A DNA stretch of 64,000 nucleotides from Mobula hypostoma (lineage: Eukaryota), in assembly GCF_963921235.1 (NCBI RefSeq), contig NC_086097.1:100504001-100568000 (forward strand). The letters are read 5' to 3'. The notes under the pieces were generated by a model. It did not search any database, was not told the DNA's origin, and worked only from the letters and a program-made list of their open reading frames with translations. Position numbers and translations under genes: made by a program. Below, piece after piece: positions 23,085 through 36,086 of the stretch. How positions within the stretch are numbered: position 1 is the stretch's first letter; the number at the start of each line of letters is the position of its first letter.

Positions 23085-24272
23085 AAAATTACAATGGGAG
23101 ATAGAAAATGCATGCCAAAAGGACAATGTTATGATAATCATCAGAGATCTCAATATATAGGTAGATTAGGAAAGTTAGGTTGTTGCTGGATCCCAAGAGA
23201 GAGAATTTGTAGAAAGCCTACAATATGGCTTTTTAGAGCAGCTCATGGTTGAGCCCACTAGGGGATCAGCTAGTCTGGATTGGGTGTCATGTAATGAACT
23301 ATATTTGATTTGGGAACTTAAGGTAAAGGAACTCATAGGAAGCTGTGATCATAACATGACAGACTTCACCCTGCAATTTGAGAGGGAGAAGCTAAAGTCA
23401 GATGTATCAGCATTACAGTGGAGGCATGAGAGGAGATGAGTAAAGTTGATTGGAAGGTTACACTAGCAGAGGTGACAGCAGAGCAGCAATGGCTGGAGTT
23501 TCTGGGAGCAATTCAGAAGGTGCAAGATAGATGCATCCCAAAGTCAGGATGAGCAACTGTGGCTGACATAGGAAGTCAAAGCCAATGTAGAAGTAAAGGA
23601 GAGGGCATATAATAATCGAAAAATTAGAGGTAAATTAGAGGATTGAGAAACTTCTAAAAACTAACAGCAGATAACTAAAAAAGCCATTGGGGAAAAACGC
23701 AAAATATGAATGTAAACTAACCAACAATATCAAAGAGGTTACCAAAAGTTTTTTCAGATATATAAAGAGTCAAAAGAGTAGATATTAGATGCTGTAGAGC
23801 TAGTAATGGGGTCAAGGAAATAGTGGATGAACTGAATAAGTATTTTGCATCAGACTTCACTGTGGAAGTCACTAGCAGTATGCCAGAAGTTCGAGAGTGT
23901 CAGGGGGCAGGTATTATTGTGGAAGCAGCAAGGCTACAGAAGGTCTTGGATAGATTAGGAGAATGGATAAAGAAGTTGCAAATGGAATACAGTGACAGGA
24001 AGTATATTGTCATGCATTTTGGTAGAAGGAAGAAAAGGGTAAACTATTTTCTTTACAGGGAGAAAGTAAAAAATTCAGAAGTGCAGAGGGACTTGAGAGT
24101 CCTCATGCAGGATTCTTTAGGGTTAATTTGTAGGTTGAGTTAGTGGTAAGGAAGGCAAATGCAATGTTAGCATTCATTTTGAGAGGACTAGAATACAAAA
24201 TCAAGGATGAGGCTTTATAAGGCACTGGTGAAACCTCACTTGGAGAATTGGAGCAGTTTTTGGGCCCCTTAT
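23085..24272 (+). mobile_element. Older internally deleted CR1 (continues 26812-27286)
   Basis: EN remnants (VEPTRGSASLDWV, CDHN) and RT remnants; frame ...GPL| resumes as LRKDVLSLERVQRRFTRMIPG at 26812; TCTTATGG tail. Confidence 0.8.
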
Positions 24273-26811
24273 AGACATAGACATCGAAAATAGATGCAGG
24301 CGTAGGCCATTCGGCCCTTCGAGACTGCACCGCCATTCAGTATGATCATGGCTGATCATCCAACTCAGAACCCTGTACCTGCCTTCTCTCCATACACCCT
24401 GATCCCTTTAGCCACAAGGGCCATATCTAACTCCCTCTTAAATATAGCCAATGAACTGGCCTCAACTGTTTCCTGTGGCAGAGAATTCCACAGATTCACC
24501 GCTCTCTGGGTGAAGAAGTTTTCCCTAATCTTGGTCTTAGAAGGTTTCCCCTTTATCCTCAATCTGTGACCCCTCGTTCTGGACTTCCCCAACATTGGGA
24601 ACAATCTTCCTGCATCTAGCTTGTTCAATCCCTTTAGGATTTTATATGTTTCAATAAGATCCCCCCTCAATCTCCTAAATTCCAATGAGTATAAGCCTAC
24701 TTGATCCAGTCTTTCATCATATGAAAGTCCTGCCATCCCAGGAATCAATCTGGTGAACCTTCTTTGTACTCCCTCTATGGCAAGGATGTCTTTCCTCAGA
24801 TTAGGGGACCAAAACTGCACACAATACTCCAGGTGTGGTCTCACCAAGGCCTTGTACAACTGCAGTAGTACCTCCCTGCTCCTGTACTCGAATCCTCTTG
24901 CTATGAATGCCAGCATACCATTGGCCTTTTTCACCGCCTGCTGTACCTGCATGCCCACTTTCATGACTGGTGTATAATGACACCCAGGTCTCGATACACC
25001 TCCCCTTTTCCTAATTGGCCGCCATTCAGATAATAATCTGTTTTCCTGTTTTTGCCACCAAAGTGGATAACCTCACACTTAACCACATTAAATTGCATCT
25101 GCCATGAATTTGCCCACTCACCTAACCTATCCAAGTCACCCTGCATCCTCTTAGCATCCTCCTCACAGCTAACACTGCCGCCCAGCTTTGTGTCATCCGC
25201 AAACTTGGAGATGCTGCATTTAATTCCCTCGTCTAAGTCATTAATATATATTGTAAACAACTGGGGTCCCAGCACTGAGCCTTGCAGTACCCCACTAGTC
25301 ACTGCCTGCCAATCTGAAAAGGTCCTGTTTATTCCCACTCTTTGCTTCCTGTCTGCCAACCAATTCTCTATCCACATCAATACCTTACCCCCAATACCGT
25401 GTGCTTTAAGTCTGCACACTAATCTCCTGTGTGGGACCTTGTCAAAAGCCTTTTGAAAATCCAAATATACCACATCGACTGGTTCTCCCCTATCCACTCT
25501 ACTAGTTACATCCTCAAAAAATTCTATGAGATTCATCAGACATGATTTTCCTTTCACAAATCCATGCTGATTTTGTCCGATGATTTCACTGCTTTCCAAA
25601 TGTGCTGTTATCACATCTTTGGTAACTGACTCTAGAATTTTCCCCACCGCTGATGTTAGGCTAACCGGTCTATAATTACCCGGTTTCTCTCTCCCTCCTT
25701 TTTTAAAAAGTGGGGTTACATTAGCCACCCTCCAATCCTCAGGACCTAGTCCAGAACCTAAAGAGTTTTGAAAAATTATCACTAATGCATCCACTATTTC
25801 TTGGGCTACTTCCTTAAGCACTCTGTGATGCAGACCATCTGGCCCTGTGGATTTATCTGCCTTTAATCCCTTCAATTTACCTAACACCACTCCTCTACTA
25901 ACAAGTATTTCCCTCAGTTCCTCCATCTCACTGGACCCTCTGTCCCCTACTATTTCCAGAAGATTATTTATGTCCTCCTTAGTGAAGACAGAACCAAAGT
26001 AGTTATTCAATTGGTCTGCCATGTCCTTGCTCCCCATAATCAATTCACCTGTTTCTGTCTGTATGGGACCTACATTTGTCTTAACCAACCTTTTTCTTTT
26101 CACATATCTATAAAAGCTTTTACAGTCAGCTTTTATGTTCCCTGCCAGTTTTCTCTCATAATCTTTTTTCCCCTTCCTAATTAAGCCCTTTGTCCTCCTC
26201 TACTGGACTCTGAATTTCTCCCAGTCCTCAGGTGAGCCACTTTTTCTGGCTAATTTGTATGCTTCTTCTTTGGAATTGATACTATCTCTAATTTCCCTTG
26301 TCAGCCACGGGTGCACTACCTTTCTTGATTTATTCTTTTGCCAAACTGGGATGAACAATTGTTGTAGTTCATCCATGCGATCTTTAAATGCTTGCTATTG
26401 CATATCCACCGTCAACCCTTTAAGTGTCATTTGCCAGTCTATCTTAGCTAATTCACGTCTCATACCTTCAAAGTTACCCTTCTTTAAGTTCAGAACCTTT
26501 GTTTCTGAATTAACTATGTCACTCTCCATCTTAATGAAGAATTCCACCATATTATGGTCACTCTTACCCAAGGGGCCTCTCACGACAAAATCGCTAATTA
26601 ACCCTTCCTCATTGCTCAATACCCAGTCTAGAATAGCCTACTCTCTAGTTGATTCCTCGACATGTTGGTTCAGAAAACCATCCCGCATACATTCCAAGAA
26701 ATCCTCTTCCTCAGCACCCTTACCAATTTGGTTCACCCAATCTATATGTAGATTGAAGTCACCCATTATAACTGCTGTTCCTTTATTGCACACATTTCTA
26801 ATTTCCTGTTT
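24273..26811 (-). mobile_element. CR1 LINE, same family as 10558-13475, 5'-truncated within the endonuclease
   Basis: ORFs 24961-26103 and 24365-24964 carry the RT motifs; near-colinear with 10558-13086. Confidence 0.97.
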
Positions 26812-28080
26812 AAGAAAGGATGTGTTGTCATTGGAGAGAGTTCAGAGGAGGTTCACGAGGATGATTCCAGGAATGAAGGGGTTATGTAAGGAGCTTTTGA
26901 TGGCTCTGGGCCTGTACTCACTGAAATTTAGAAGAATGAGCGGGGATCTCAATGAAACCTACCAATGATGAAAGGCCTAGAGAGAGTGGATATGGAGAGG
27001 ATATTTCCTATGGTGGGGGAGTCTAGGACCAAAGGATACAGCCTCAGAATAGAGGGATGTCCATTAGAATGGAGGTGAGGAGGAATTTCTTTAGCCAGAG
27101 GGCAATGAAACTGTGGAATTTGTTGCTACAGACAGTTGTTGAGGCCAGGTTACTAGGTGTATTTAAGGCGGTGATTAATAGGTTATTGATTAGTCAGGGC
27201 TGAAAGGTTACGGGAAGAAGGCAAGAGAATGGGGTTTAGAGGGGATCAGCCAATTCTGCTCCTATATCTTTTGGTCTTATGGTCTGATACATTCCGAGGG
27301 AAATAAAACCTGAAAATCATAAAAACAGCTAATGCTGGAGACCTAAAATAAAAACAGAAAATGCTGGAAACTCTCAGCAGGTCAGGTGACACCCATGGGA
27401 GGAAAACCAGAGTTAACATTTCAGATCAGAACAAAACCCATTCTGAGTTATGGAAGGAAGGGGATAATATTCACTCAGCACCAGAGTTTGGTGCTGAACC
27501 GAGGTCGTTCTCACCCGAAGAGAGACCAGAAGTTTGCAAAAATAACCCACTGCACCACTGGTAGGGTGCAATTTGTGTAAGAAACATTATCCATGTAAAT
27601 CAAACACAATAAGGTAAGATGACCTGCAGGTCAACTCGAATTTAAAGCCATTACCCTCAGTATTAAGGTAGCAGTTTGATTTTGGGCTTGAGATGACTGG
27701 ATTCTCTGGAAGGTGCTGTGGTCACTGAAGTCTCAGAGCATCATTGTGGATTGCCTGTCCGGTTTCTGGCAGCCTTATCAATCATGCTCTCTCCATCATA
27801 AGGTCAGAAGTAGGGTGGACCACTGCTGACAGAGGCAGCTCACCAACCTCATCTCCACAAACTCCTGTTCCTTGACTTTTCCTGGTGAGGAGCACAGAGA
27901 CCGCACCCACCCTCTGCAGCCCGATGTGCACACTGTTTCTGATTCGGATTCTGACACTGTGCTATACACATATCACCAACAGCTTGTCCTGGTCCACCTA
28001 GTGGACACTACAGTCAAGAAAGCACACCACTAACTCTGCTTCCTTATGCAATGCCGTGGGAAGGATTTTACTGCTAACGA

Positions 28081-28688
28081 TGTAGGGCATTTCATGTAAT
28101 GGTTTTCTGTAAGAGCAGTCCGTTCTGCATTCAGCCTGTTTGAGTTTCAGCTAAGATAAGGGGCTTTGCTGTTCTGCTTAGGAATGTTGAGTCAGCCAAT
28201 CAGGATGGTGGAATTGGGAGAAGGTTCTAGAGACCACTGAGTGGAGAGGTTTTTGTGACTGACACTGGTGTAGGTCGAGGTCTTTTTGGTGGGAGCTGGG
28301 GGCAGACAGGAGTGAAGATAGCTAGGATGCCATCCCTATTGCACAAGGTGCTTTGTGCAGATGAATGGCTTCTACGAGGAAGGACTAATACTCCCATGGG
28401 GGAGCCCATTTGTTTGAGGTGGATTTTGAGCAACAGTCAGAAGGTGGTGTGTGCTTTCTCACAGATCGAGGGTCCAGCATGTGAGTTAAAGGCAACTTCA
28501 AGATCCAACTTATGTGCACACTTGACTGCTTCATTATGATGGGCCATTTTGCTTTTTCCTTTCTTTTCTTTAATAACTGTTTGGTTAAGCTAACATTCTT
28601 AAATATAATTTCTTTATAATTGTATGCAGTGTAAGGTCTGTTAATCTTGCCAATAGGCGATCGACTGGGAGCTGTAAGTTACATAATA
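28081..28688. repeat. Possible LTR-like repeat hosting the Tigger element
   Basis: Abrupt TG start and a CCAAT motif; no partner copy in the window. Confidence 0.25.
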
Positions 28689-29520
28689 CTGGTGCACATT
28701 CCTTTATCCGAAATTCTGAAATCCAAAAAGCTCTGAAAACTGAAGTTTCTTTCGCCGACAGCTGACATCACTCAGGTGTGACGTGGCAGCACTAGCAGAG
28801 GCCGCCAGACGTCAGATGTGGCTCAGCGCTCGTACTGGTTACACGTGCATTTGCTGTTTGCTGATATTTTGTGTTCACTGGTGACTTTGTGTTTAATTTC
28901 ACAGTGAAAATGTCAAAAAGAGCTGCAGATACCCCTATGGGTAACAATGAGAAAAAGAGAAGGAAGCATCTGTTTCATTATCAACAACGCAGAAAGTGAA
29001 GTTATTGCAGAAGCTTGATCGTGGTGTGTATGTGTGGCGTCTTACTGAAGAAAATAGTGTTGGAACTACCACTGTATATGATTTAAATAAACAGAAAGAC
29101 AAGTTACTGAAGTTTTATAGTGACAGTGACAGTGACGTTCTACATTTATTCCAATAAGTCATTTACCACATGTTTGATTCGGTTCGTTTGAAGCTGTATA
29201 TTTTTATATTTTATTGAATGTTTTTGTTGGAAATAAAAGTTTTTCTTGTCATTATTCCCTAAACAATACAGTATAACAACTATTTACATAGCATTTACAT
29301 TGTGTCAGGTATTATAAGTAATCTAGAGATGATTTAAAGTATACGGGAGGATGTGTGTAGGTTTGGTCCACCGCACTGAGACAGGTTAAATAAGGGACTT
29401 CAGCATACGTGTTTTTTGGTATGGGGGGCGGGGGTGGGATCTGAAATCTGAAAAATTCTGAATTCTGAAATGCAAATGGCCCCAAGGATTTCGGATAAGG
29501 GATAAGAGATTGTGGACCTG
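28689..29520 (+). mobile_element. Non-autonomous Tigger/pogo DNA transposon (832 bp) with N-terminal transposase remnant
   Basis: TA on both sides; imperfect TIRs (ctggtgcacattcctttatccgaaat / atttcggataagggataagagattgtggacctg); 28910-29130 encodes MSKRAADTPMGNNEKKRRKHL / QKVKLLQKLDRGV...VGTTTVYDLNKQKDKLLKFY (CENP-B-type HTH). Confidence 0.9.
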
Positions 29521-29584
29521 TATTCACACAATCTGGGGTTCAGGTGGACGAGTCCTCCCAACCTCACAGGTTTGGTGGGACCCA

Positions 29585-30525
29585 GGTGCCAGGAGGGACA
29601 TCAACTTCTGCCATCTCCAATAGGATCCCACCAGCAAGCATATCTTTCCCTTCCCCCGACTACTTTCTGATTTCTGTAGGGAATGGTCCCTACGTGGCTT
29701 CCTTGTCCATTCGTCCCTCCCCACTGATCTCCCTCCAGACACTTATCCTTGCAAGTGAAACAGGTGCTACACCTGCTCCTACACCTCCTCCCTCACTGCC
29801 ATTCAGTGCCTTAAACAATCCTTCCAGGTGAGGCGACACTTCATCTGTGAGTCTGTTGAGGTCACCTATTGTATCCGGTGCTCCTGATGTGGTCTCCTGT
29901 ATATTGGTGAGACCTGACGTAGGTTGGGAGACTGCATCATCAAGCACCTATGCTCTCTCTGCCAGAACAAGCAGGATCTCCCAGTAGCCACACATTTTAA
30001 TTCCACTTCCCGTTCCCATTCCAATATGCCCATCCATGGCTTCCTCTACTGTCACAATGAGGCCACACTTATGTTGGAGGAGCAACACCTTATACTCCAT
30101 TTGGGTAGACTCCAAACTGATGGCAAAAATATCGATTTCTTGAACTTTCAGTAATGCCCCCCTCACCCCACCTTCACTATCCTCGATCCCCTTTTCTCTC
30201 TCTCACCTCATCTCCTTGCCTCCCTCTGGTGCTCCTTTCCTTTTCACTTTCTTCCATGGTCTTCTGTCCTCTCCTATTAGATTCCCCCTTCTCCAGCCCT
30301 GTATCTCTTTCAGCAATCAACTTCCCAGCTCTTTACTTCACCCCTTACCCCCCTCCCAGTTTCACCCATCACCTTGTGTTTCTTCTTCCCCTCTTTCCAC
30401 CTTCTAACTCTGACTTGTCATATTTCTTTCTCCGGTCCTGATGAAGGGCGTTGGCTCGAAACTTCAATTGTACTGTTTTCCATAGATTCTGCCTGGCCTG
30501 CTGAGTTCTGCAGCACTTTGTGTGT
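29585..30525 (+). mobile_element. Penelope-like element 3' part (GIY-YIG remnant plus terminal repeat)
   Basis: DLPVATHFNSTSRSHSNM...LEEQHLILHLGRLQ; hammerhead-like motif at 30431-30470. Confidence 0.88.
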
Positions 30526-30603
30526 TACATACAGCAAACTCCTTTCCATCGGCACAATCAGCACAGCCTTTCCGTGACTGATGGTGGCCGTGAATATTAC
30601 CAT

Positions 30604-32222
30604 GGGGTGGCACCATAGCACAAAACTTAACAGTGCCAGCGGTCTGCGTTCAATTCCCGCTGCTGCCTGTAAGGAGTTTGTACGTTCTGCCGTTCACCAT
30701 GTGGGTTTCCTCCGGGTGTTCTGGTTTCCTCCAGGTGCTCCAATTTCCTCCAGGTGCTCCAGTTTCCTCCAGGTGATCCGGTTTCCTCGATGTGCTCCAG
30801 TTTCCTCCAGGTGATCCAGTTTCCTCCAGGTGATCCAGTTTCCTCCAGGTGCTCTGGTTTCCTCGATGTGCTCCGGTTTCTTCCAGGTGATCCGGTTTCC
30901 TCCAGGTGCTCTGGTTTCCTCCAGGTGCTCCAATTTCCTCCAGGTGCTCCGGTTTCCTCCAGGTGCTCCAGTTTCCTCCAGGTGATCCGCTTTCCTTGAT
31001 GTGCTCCAGTTTCCTCCAGGTGATCCAGTTTCCTCCAGGTGCTCTGGTTTCCTCGATGTGCTCCGGTTTCTTCCAGGTGATCCGGTTTCCTCCAGGTGAT
31101 CTGGTTTCCTCCAGGTGCTCCAATTTCCTCCAGGTGATCCAGTTTCCTCCAGGTGCTCTGGTTTCCTCCAGGTGCTCCAATTTCCTCCAGGTGATCCAAT
31201 TTCCTCCAGGTGCTCTGGTTTCCTCCAGGTGCTCCGGTTTCCTCCAGATGCTCTGGTTTCCTCCAGCTGATCCAATTTCCTCCAGGTACTCTGGTTTCCT
31301 CCAGGTGATCCAATTTCCTCCAGATGGTCTGGTTTCCTCCAGATGATCTAATTTCCTCCAGATGCTCTGGTTTCCTCCAGGTGCTCTGGTTTCCTCCAGG
31401 TGCTCCGGTTTCCTCGATGTGCTCCAATTTCCTCCAGGTGATCCGGTTTCCTCCAGGTGATCCGGTTTCCTCCAGGTGCTCCGGTTTCCTCCAGGTGATC
31501 TGGTTTCCTCTGGGTGATCCAGTTTCCTCCAGGTGCTCTGGTTTCTTCCAGGTGATCCGGTTTCCTCCAGGTGCTCTGGTTTCCTCCAGGTGCTCCAATT
31601 TCCTCCAGGTGCTCCGGTTTCCTCCAGGTGCTCCAATTTCCTCCAGGTGATCCAATTTCCTTCAGGTGCTCCAATTTCCTCCAGGTGATCCAATTTCCTC
31701 CAGGTGCTCTGGTTTCCTCCAGGTGCTCCGGTTTCCTCCAGATGGTCTGGTTTCCTCCAGGTGATCCAATTTCCTCCAGGTACTCTGGTTTCCTCCAGGT
31801 GATCCAATTTCCTCCAGATGGTCTGGTTTCCTCCAGATGATCCAATTTCCTCCAGGTGCTCCGGTTTCCTCCAGGTGCTCCAGTTTCCTCCAGGTGCTCT
31901 GGTTTCCTCCAGGTGCTCCAATTTCCTCCAGGTGCTCCAGTTTCCTCGATGTGCTCTGGTTTCCTCCGGGTGCTCCAGTTTCCTTGACGTGCTCTGGTTT
32001 CCTCCAGGTGCTCCAATTTCCTCCAGGTGATCCAATTTCCTCCCACCATTGAAAGATGTACCAGTTGGTAGGTTAATTGGCCATTGTAAATTGTCCAGTG
32101 ATTAGTCTAGGATTACATTGGGGGTTGCTGGGCACAGCAGCTTGAAGGACTAGAGGGGCCTATTCCGTGCCATATCTCAATAAATAAACAAAGAAACAAA
32201 CAAATAGATAAATAAGTAAATA
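30604..32222 (+). mobile_element. V-SINE with internal minisatellite expansion
   Basis: SINE head 30604-30703 and SINE 3' half 32044-32222 with (TAAA)n tail flank the array; compare the intact copy at 33655-33935. Confidence 0.85.
30704..32043. repeat. 19-bp minisatellite, about 70 copies (GGTTTCCTCCAGGTGCTCC and variants)
   Basis: Direct tandem periodicity of 19 nt over ~1340 bp. Confidence 0.97.
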
Positions 32223-32254
32223 ATCTTGGCCAGGATACCATTAAAATGTATGAC

Positions 32255-32860
32255 ACAGCTAGACAGGATGGTGAGGAAGATGTTTGTCACATTTGCCTTT
32301 GTTTCTCCAAACACAGAGTATAGAGTTGGACCATCACGTTACAACTGTGCATGTTGCTGATGAGACTACACTTGGAGTTTAATGTACAGGTCTGGTCACC
32401 CACCCAACAGAAGGGTATCATTAAGTTGGAAAGAATGCAGAAAAAGTTCATGAGGATGTTTTACATTGTAAGAAGAGGCTGGATAGGCTGGGACTTTTTC
32501 CATGGAGGAAAGGGGATTGAGGGTGACCTTATTGATGTTTGCACTTCATAAGGGGGGTAGATAAGATGGGCGGTTAGAATCTTTTTTTCTAAGATCGGAG
32601 AGGTCAAAGGGACTGATTTGCAAAAGACCCAAGAGGAACCTTTTTCACATGAAGGCTTGTGGGAATGAGGAATTGCAGAGCGAACTGGTAGAGGCAGGTA
32701 CAAGTACAATGTTTAGGAGATATTTGCACAGGTATATGGATAGGAAAGGTTTAGAGTGAAATAGGCCAAGGCAGAGATAGACAAAGTTACTTGTTTGGAA
32801 AGACTTCTTGGTCAGCTTGGGCGGGTTAGGTTGAAGGGCCTTTTTCCACATCATATGACA
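32255..32860 (+). mobile_element. Degraded CR1 3' fragment
   Basis: LMRLHLEFNVQVWSP...KLERMQKKFMRM motif. Confidence 0.7.
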
Positions 32861-33654
32861 CCAAATGAACAATGTATTTCCCTGAGATCTCTCGGCCAGC
32901 CAGGACTACAGTTGAAACTCTCCTTCAGAGCTGCAGTGTATGGCTTTGCCTGGGTTCCATTTACACCTCCTGCAGTGTGGCTTTCCTCAATGATTTATGG
33001 ACTTGGCGGCACCCAGGGAACTTGATGTGAGATTCAATAATCAGCATTCAGCTCAGTTTGCCTCGTTGAATTGATTTGTTTCTTGTTTCCTACCCATTGA
33101 CCATAAAGCAACATGGACATTTATTCCAGTAACACTACGTCTAATTATCTTAGTGAATTAACAACCACATCAGTACAGCTCGTTGTGAAAATCATGTGTA
33201 CAGTCCAAAATTTATTTGGCCTTTAATCTAACAAATCAAACAACTGGGTTTTCTTTGACCAACGGCAGTACTTCAAGCTTGGTTGAACAATCATGTAGTG
33301 TGTGTGATAGCAGGATCAGCCAGAACTAAAGTCCAGCATTTCATTGTGGCTGAAGGAACAGAGAAATGGAGGGAATGATTTCAGGTTTAAAGATCGGATA
33401 TAATCATGCTGGAGAGGGTGCAGAGGATCTTCAGGACTGGAGAAGGTGAATTGTTGTTCAGAAGGGATTTGGTGAATAAGAGAACGTGATTACAGTGGGA
33501 GAGGAATCAGCATGTTGTCTAGCTGCTAAACGAACATGCCACCTGGGCAGAGTCAGAAAGGGCAGTGGGAGCCCACTCAACAGAAAATGGATGCACTTAT
33601 AAAGAATGAAATAATCCAGTGCTGTGGGAAAGAAGCAGAAGAGTGGGTCCAGGG

Positions 33655-33935
33655 GCATGGTAGCACAGTGGTTAGCACAATACTTCACAGTACAAGCGAA
33701 ACCGGTTCAGTTCCTGCCACTGGAGGTAAAGAATTTGTAAGTTCATCCTGTGACCGTGTGGGTTTTCTCTGGGTGCCCTGGTTTCCTCCCACTGTCCAAA
33801 GACAAACCGGTTGATAGATTAATTAGTCATTGTAAACCATCCCGTGATGAGGCTGGGATTAAATTGGGGGATTTCTGGGCGGTGTGGCTCGAAGGGCCAG
33901 AAGGGCCCATATCGCATTGTATGTCAATAAATAAA
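33655..33935 (+). mobile_element. V-SINE (full length)
   Basis: A-box TAGCACAGTGG, B-box GGTTCAGTTCC, V-domain, (TAAA)n tail. Confidence 0.8.
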
Positions 33936-34880
33936 TGAAATCATTCACCAAAGCATGGAGCATGTGGAAAGGGGGCTTCCTTCTGATTCTGTAACTCACA
34001 CTCAAGCGATGACTATCAGCTCATCACTTACACAGACTCTTGTGTCTAATCTGCACTCTTCTGTGTGAGCAAGAATAGAACATACTGGTGAAGCAAGCTC
34101 TGCAGAAACCCAAGTCAACTTGAGTTTATACTCAAGAACCATAAAGTACAAATACAATAAAAGATCTTGCAGCAACATCACACATGGGTACAGGCACCAA
34201 TCAGAATCAAAATTATGCATAAATTATACTAGACAGTGAAGAAAAAAAGACTGCACAAGACGTCAGTGCAAAAAAGAAGCACATCATTGACAAGTACAGT
34301 ACGTACAATGCAAGAAGCTGTCTGTGGTATTCCATTGCTGAGGTAGGGTTACAGTTGTGCAGCTTGACTGATGTTTGTACGAAAGTTTCTGTTGCTGAAC
34401 CTGGTGGTGTGGGACTTCAGGCAGGGTGCAGTTATTATTTAGGTTTAGTTTCAATTCAGTTGGATTATCATTAAGGAGTCAAAGAGGCCCTTCATCCCAA
34501 ATAGTCCATGCTGATAAAGATGTCCATCTAAGCGAGTCTCACTGCCCATGTCTGGTCTGTATCTGTTGAAACCTTTCTTGGGGAAAGGGTGATAGATGAG
34601 GTCTACATAGACTTCACTAAGGTCTTTGATAAGTCTCTGTATCATAGGCTGCTATGGCAAATTAGATTGCATGGGATCCAGGGAAAGCTAGTAAAATAGA
34701 TACACTATTGGCTTGATAGTAAGAAGCGGAGGGTGATGGCGGAAGATTATTTTTCAGACGGAAGATCCAAGGTTAGCATTGTACTCAGGGGTCAGTGCTA
34801 GGCTCACTTGTCATCTATATCAATAATTTAGATGAGAAAAATTGGATGATTGTTGGTAAGTTGAAGCCAAAGTAGTAAAG

Positions 34881-35704
34881 CAACAGATGCAAAATGCTGG
34901 ACGAACTCAGCAGGCCAGGCAGCATCTATGGAAAAGAGTAAACAGTCGATGTTTCGGGCCAAGACCCTTCATCATGACTGGAGAAAAAAAGCTGAGGAGT
35001 CAGTGTAAGAAGGTGGAGTGATGGGAGGAAAAACACAAGGTGATAGGTGAAACTGGGAGGCCGGGGGGAGAGGTGAAGTAAAGAGCTTGGAAGTTGATTG
35101 GTGAAGGAGATAAAGGACTGGAGAAGGGGGAGTCTGATAGGAGAGGACAAAAGATCATGGAAGAAAGAAAAGGAAGAGGAGTTCAAAAGGAAGGAGGTGA
35201 TGGGCTGGTAAGGAGATAAGGTGAGAGACAGCCAAGGGGGTGGGGAATGGTGTGGGGAGGGTCTATTACCGGAAGGTTTAGAAGTCAATGTTCATGCCAT
35301 CAGGTTGGGGGCGAGACAGACGGGATATAAGGTATTGCTCCTCCAACCTGAGTGTGGCCTCATCACAACAGTAGAGGAGGCTATGGACTGACCTGTCGAA
35401 TTTGAATGGGAAGTGGAATCAAAATAGGTGGACACTGGGGGCTCTGTCTGCCAGAAAAGGTGAGATCTCCTAGTACACTCCCCATCCCAGTTTCACATAT
35501 CATCTTGAGTTTCTTCCTCCCCTTCCCCCACTTTCTAACTCTGACTTCTCAACTTTTTTCTCCAGTCCTGCCGAAGGGTCTCGGCCGGAAACGCTGAATG
35601 GACTTTTTTCCATAGACACTGCCTGGCCTTCTGAGTTCCTCCAGCATTTTCTGTGTGTTGCTTGGATTTCCAGCATCTGCAGATTTTCTCTTGTTTGTGA
35701 CTGG
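34881..35704. mobile_element. Inverted pair of Penelope-like 3' ends inserted as one unit
   Basis: Minus arm ~34881-35440, plus arm ~35480-35704; 15-bp flanking duplication gccaaagtagtaaag (34866-34880) / gctaaagtagtgaag (35705-35719). Confidence 0.8.
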
Positions 35705-35943
35705 GCTAAAGTAGTGAAGATGGCTATCAGGATTGACAGAGGGTTCTCGATCAGCTGGGTAAATGGGCCAAGGAATAGGAAACGGAAATTAAATCAGATA
35801 AGAGCAAGATGTTGCATTTTAGGAAGACATCTGAGAAGTGAACTTCACAGTGACCGGTAGAGCTCCGGGAAGCATTGTACAACTATGGGACTGAGGAGTG
35901 CATGTACATGGTTCCCTGAAAGTAGCATCACAGGTAGACAGGG

Positions 35944-36086
35944 TTGTATTTAATATTTCAGTAATGTTTGAGTAATACTGTAAATATATTGTTTGATTAA
36001 GCAGTCTTTGTTGTTTAAGTAATCAGTACAGGTTATATGTAAAAGTATGTGAATGACATATGTCACCATGCCACCACATCATAACA
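35944..36086 (+). repeat. Internally deleted solo LTR of Gypsy family 2
   Basis: Matches the LTR 5' half, ends ATAACA, flanked by AGGG on both sides inside a CR1. Confidence 0.7.

Noticed and set aside
26255..26968. 237-aa plus-strand ORF
   Set aside because: Chance fusion of a CR1 antisense frame with the host CR1 sense frame
30627..32052. Long repetitive ORFs (up to 461 aa) in several frames
   Set aside because: Artefact of a 19-bp unit with few stop codons; the same peptide cycles through all frames and the array sits inside a SINE
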